Positions 63,550 through 64,000 of a stretch of 64,000 bases of DNA are shown in pieces. Numbering within the stretch: the first letter of the stretch is position 1; each line of letters begins with the position of its first letter. The stretch lies in the NCBI RefSeq assembly GCF_009914755.1, contig NC_060937.1. The stretch is one strand, 5' to 3'. The position numbers and the translations under genes are program-made. The DNA is from the human T2T-CHM13v2.0 reference genome, Homo sapiens. The notes beneath the pieces were generated by a model. That model saw only the letters and a list, made by a program, of their open reading frames with translations. It made no database searches and was not told the origin of the DNA.

Positions 63550-64000
63550 TTCTTTTTTAAACTTCTATTTTTAGATTGGGGTGCATGTGTAAGATATGCA
63601 GGTTTGTTACATAAGTAAACGTGCATTATTGGGGTTGATTGTACAGATTATTGCATCATGCAGGTATTAAGTCTAGTATCTGTTAGTTATGTTTCCAGCT
63701 TCTCTCCCTCCCCCAACCCTCCACTCTCTGATAGGCCCTAGTGTGTGTTGTTCTTCTCTATGTGTCCATGTTCTCATCATTTAGCTTCCACTTAAAAGTG
63801 AGAACATGCAGTATTTGGTTTTCTGTTCCTGCTTTAGTTTGCTTAGAATAATGACCTCCAACTCCATCCATGTCCCTGCAAAGGACATTATCTCATTTTT
63901 TTGGTGTGGTTGCACGGTATTCCATGGTGTATATGTACCACCACATTTTCTTTATCCAGTCTATCATTGATGGGCATATAGATTAATTCCATGTATTTGC
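63550..64000 (-). mobile_element. L1PA 3' end, runs off the window
   Basis: GCAGGTTTGTTACATAAGTAAACGTG..GTGAGAACATGCAGTATTTGGTTTTCTGTTCCTG..CTCCATCCATGTCCCTGCAAAGGAC. Confidence 0.9.

Overview
Primate (very probably human) pericentromeric, segmental-duplication-type DNA with no intact protein-coding gene. The left half holds a minus-strand, intron-containing ANKRD20A-family pseudogene: eight coding-exon remnants at 4504-24695 and a CpG-island promoter/5'UTR at about 27465-27950. Its ATG-bearing part of exon 1 and exons 2-3 appear to be deleted, and it carries a splice-junction stop and frameshifts. Also present are two U6 snRNA retrocopies (21918-22023 minus, 32775-32878 plus), a near-full-length Hsmar1 mariner interrupted by an Alu, a full-length processed SNX19 pseudogene (minus, about 43555-48490), and many Alu, L1, LTR and DNA-transposon relics. 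At 55.9-59.5 kb is an unusual block: a pyrimidine-rich minisatellite, a palindromic octamer/CCAAT promoter-like module and a ~45-bp GC-rich repeat related to the one upstream of the ANKRD20A promoter. The order ANKRD20A-P / U6 / U6 / SNX19-P matches my recollection of human 13q11-q12 (ANKRD20A9P, SNX19P2). That is an unverified inference, and paralogous copies exist on other chromosomes. I see no clear evidence of a new biological system; the best leads are listed as hypotheses. Repeat subfamily calls and boundaries were made by eye and are approximate.
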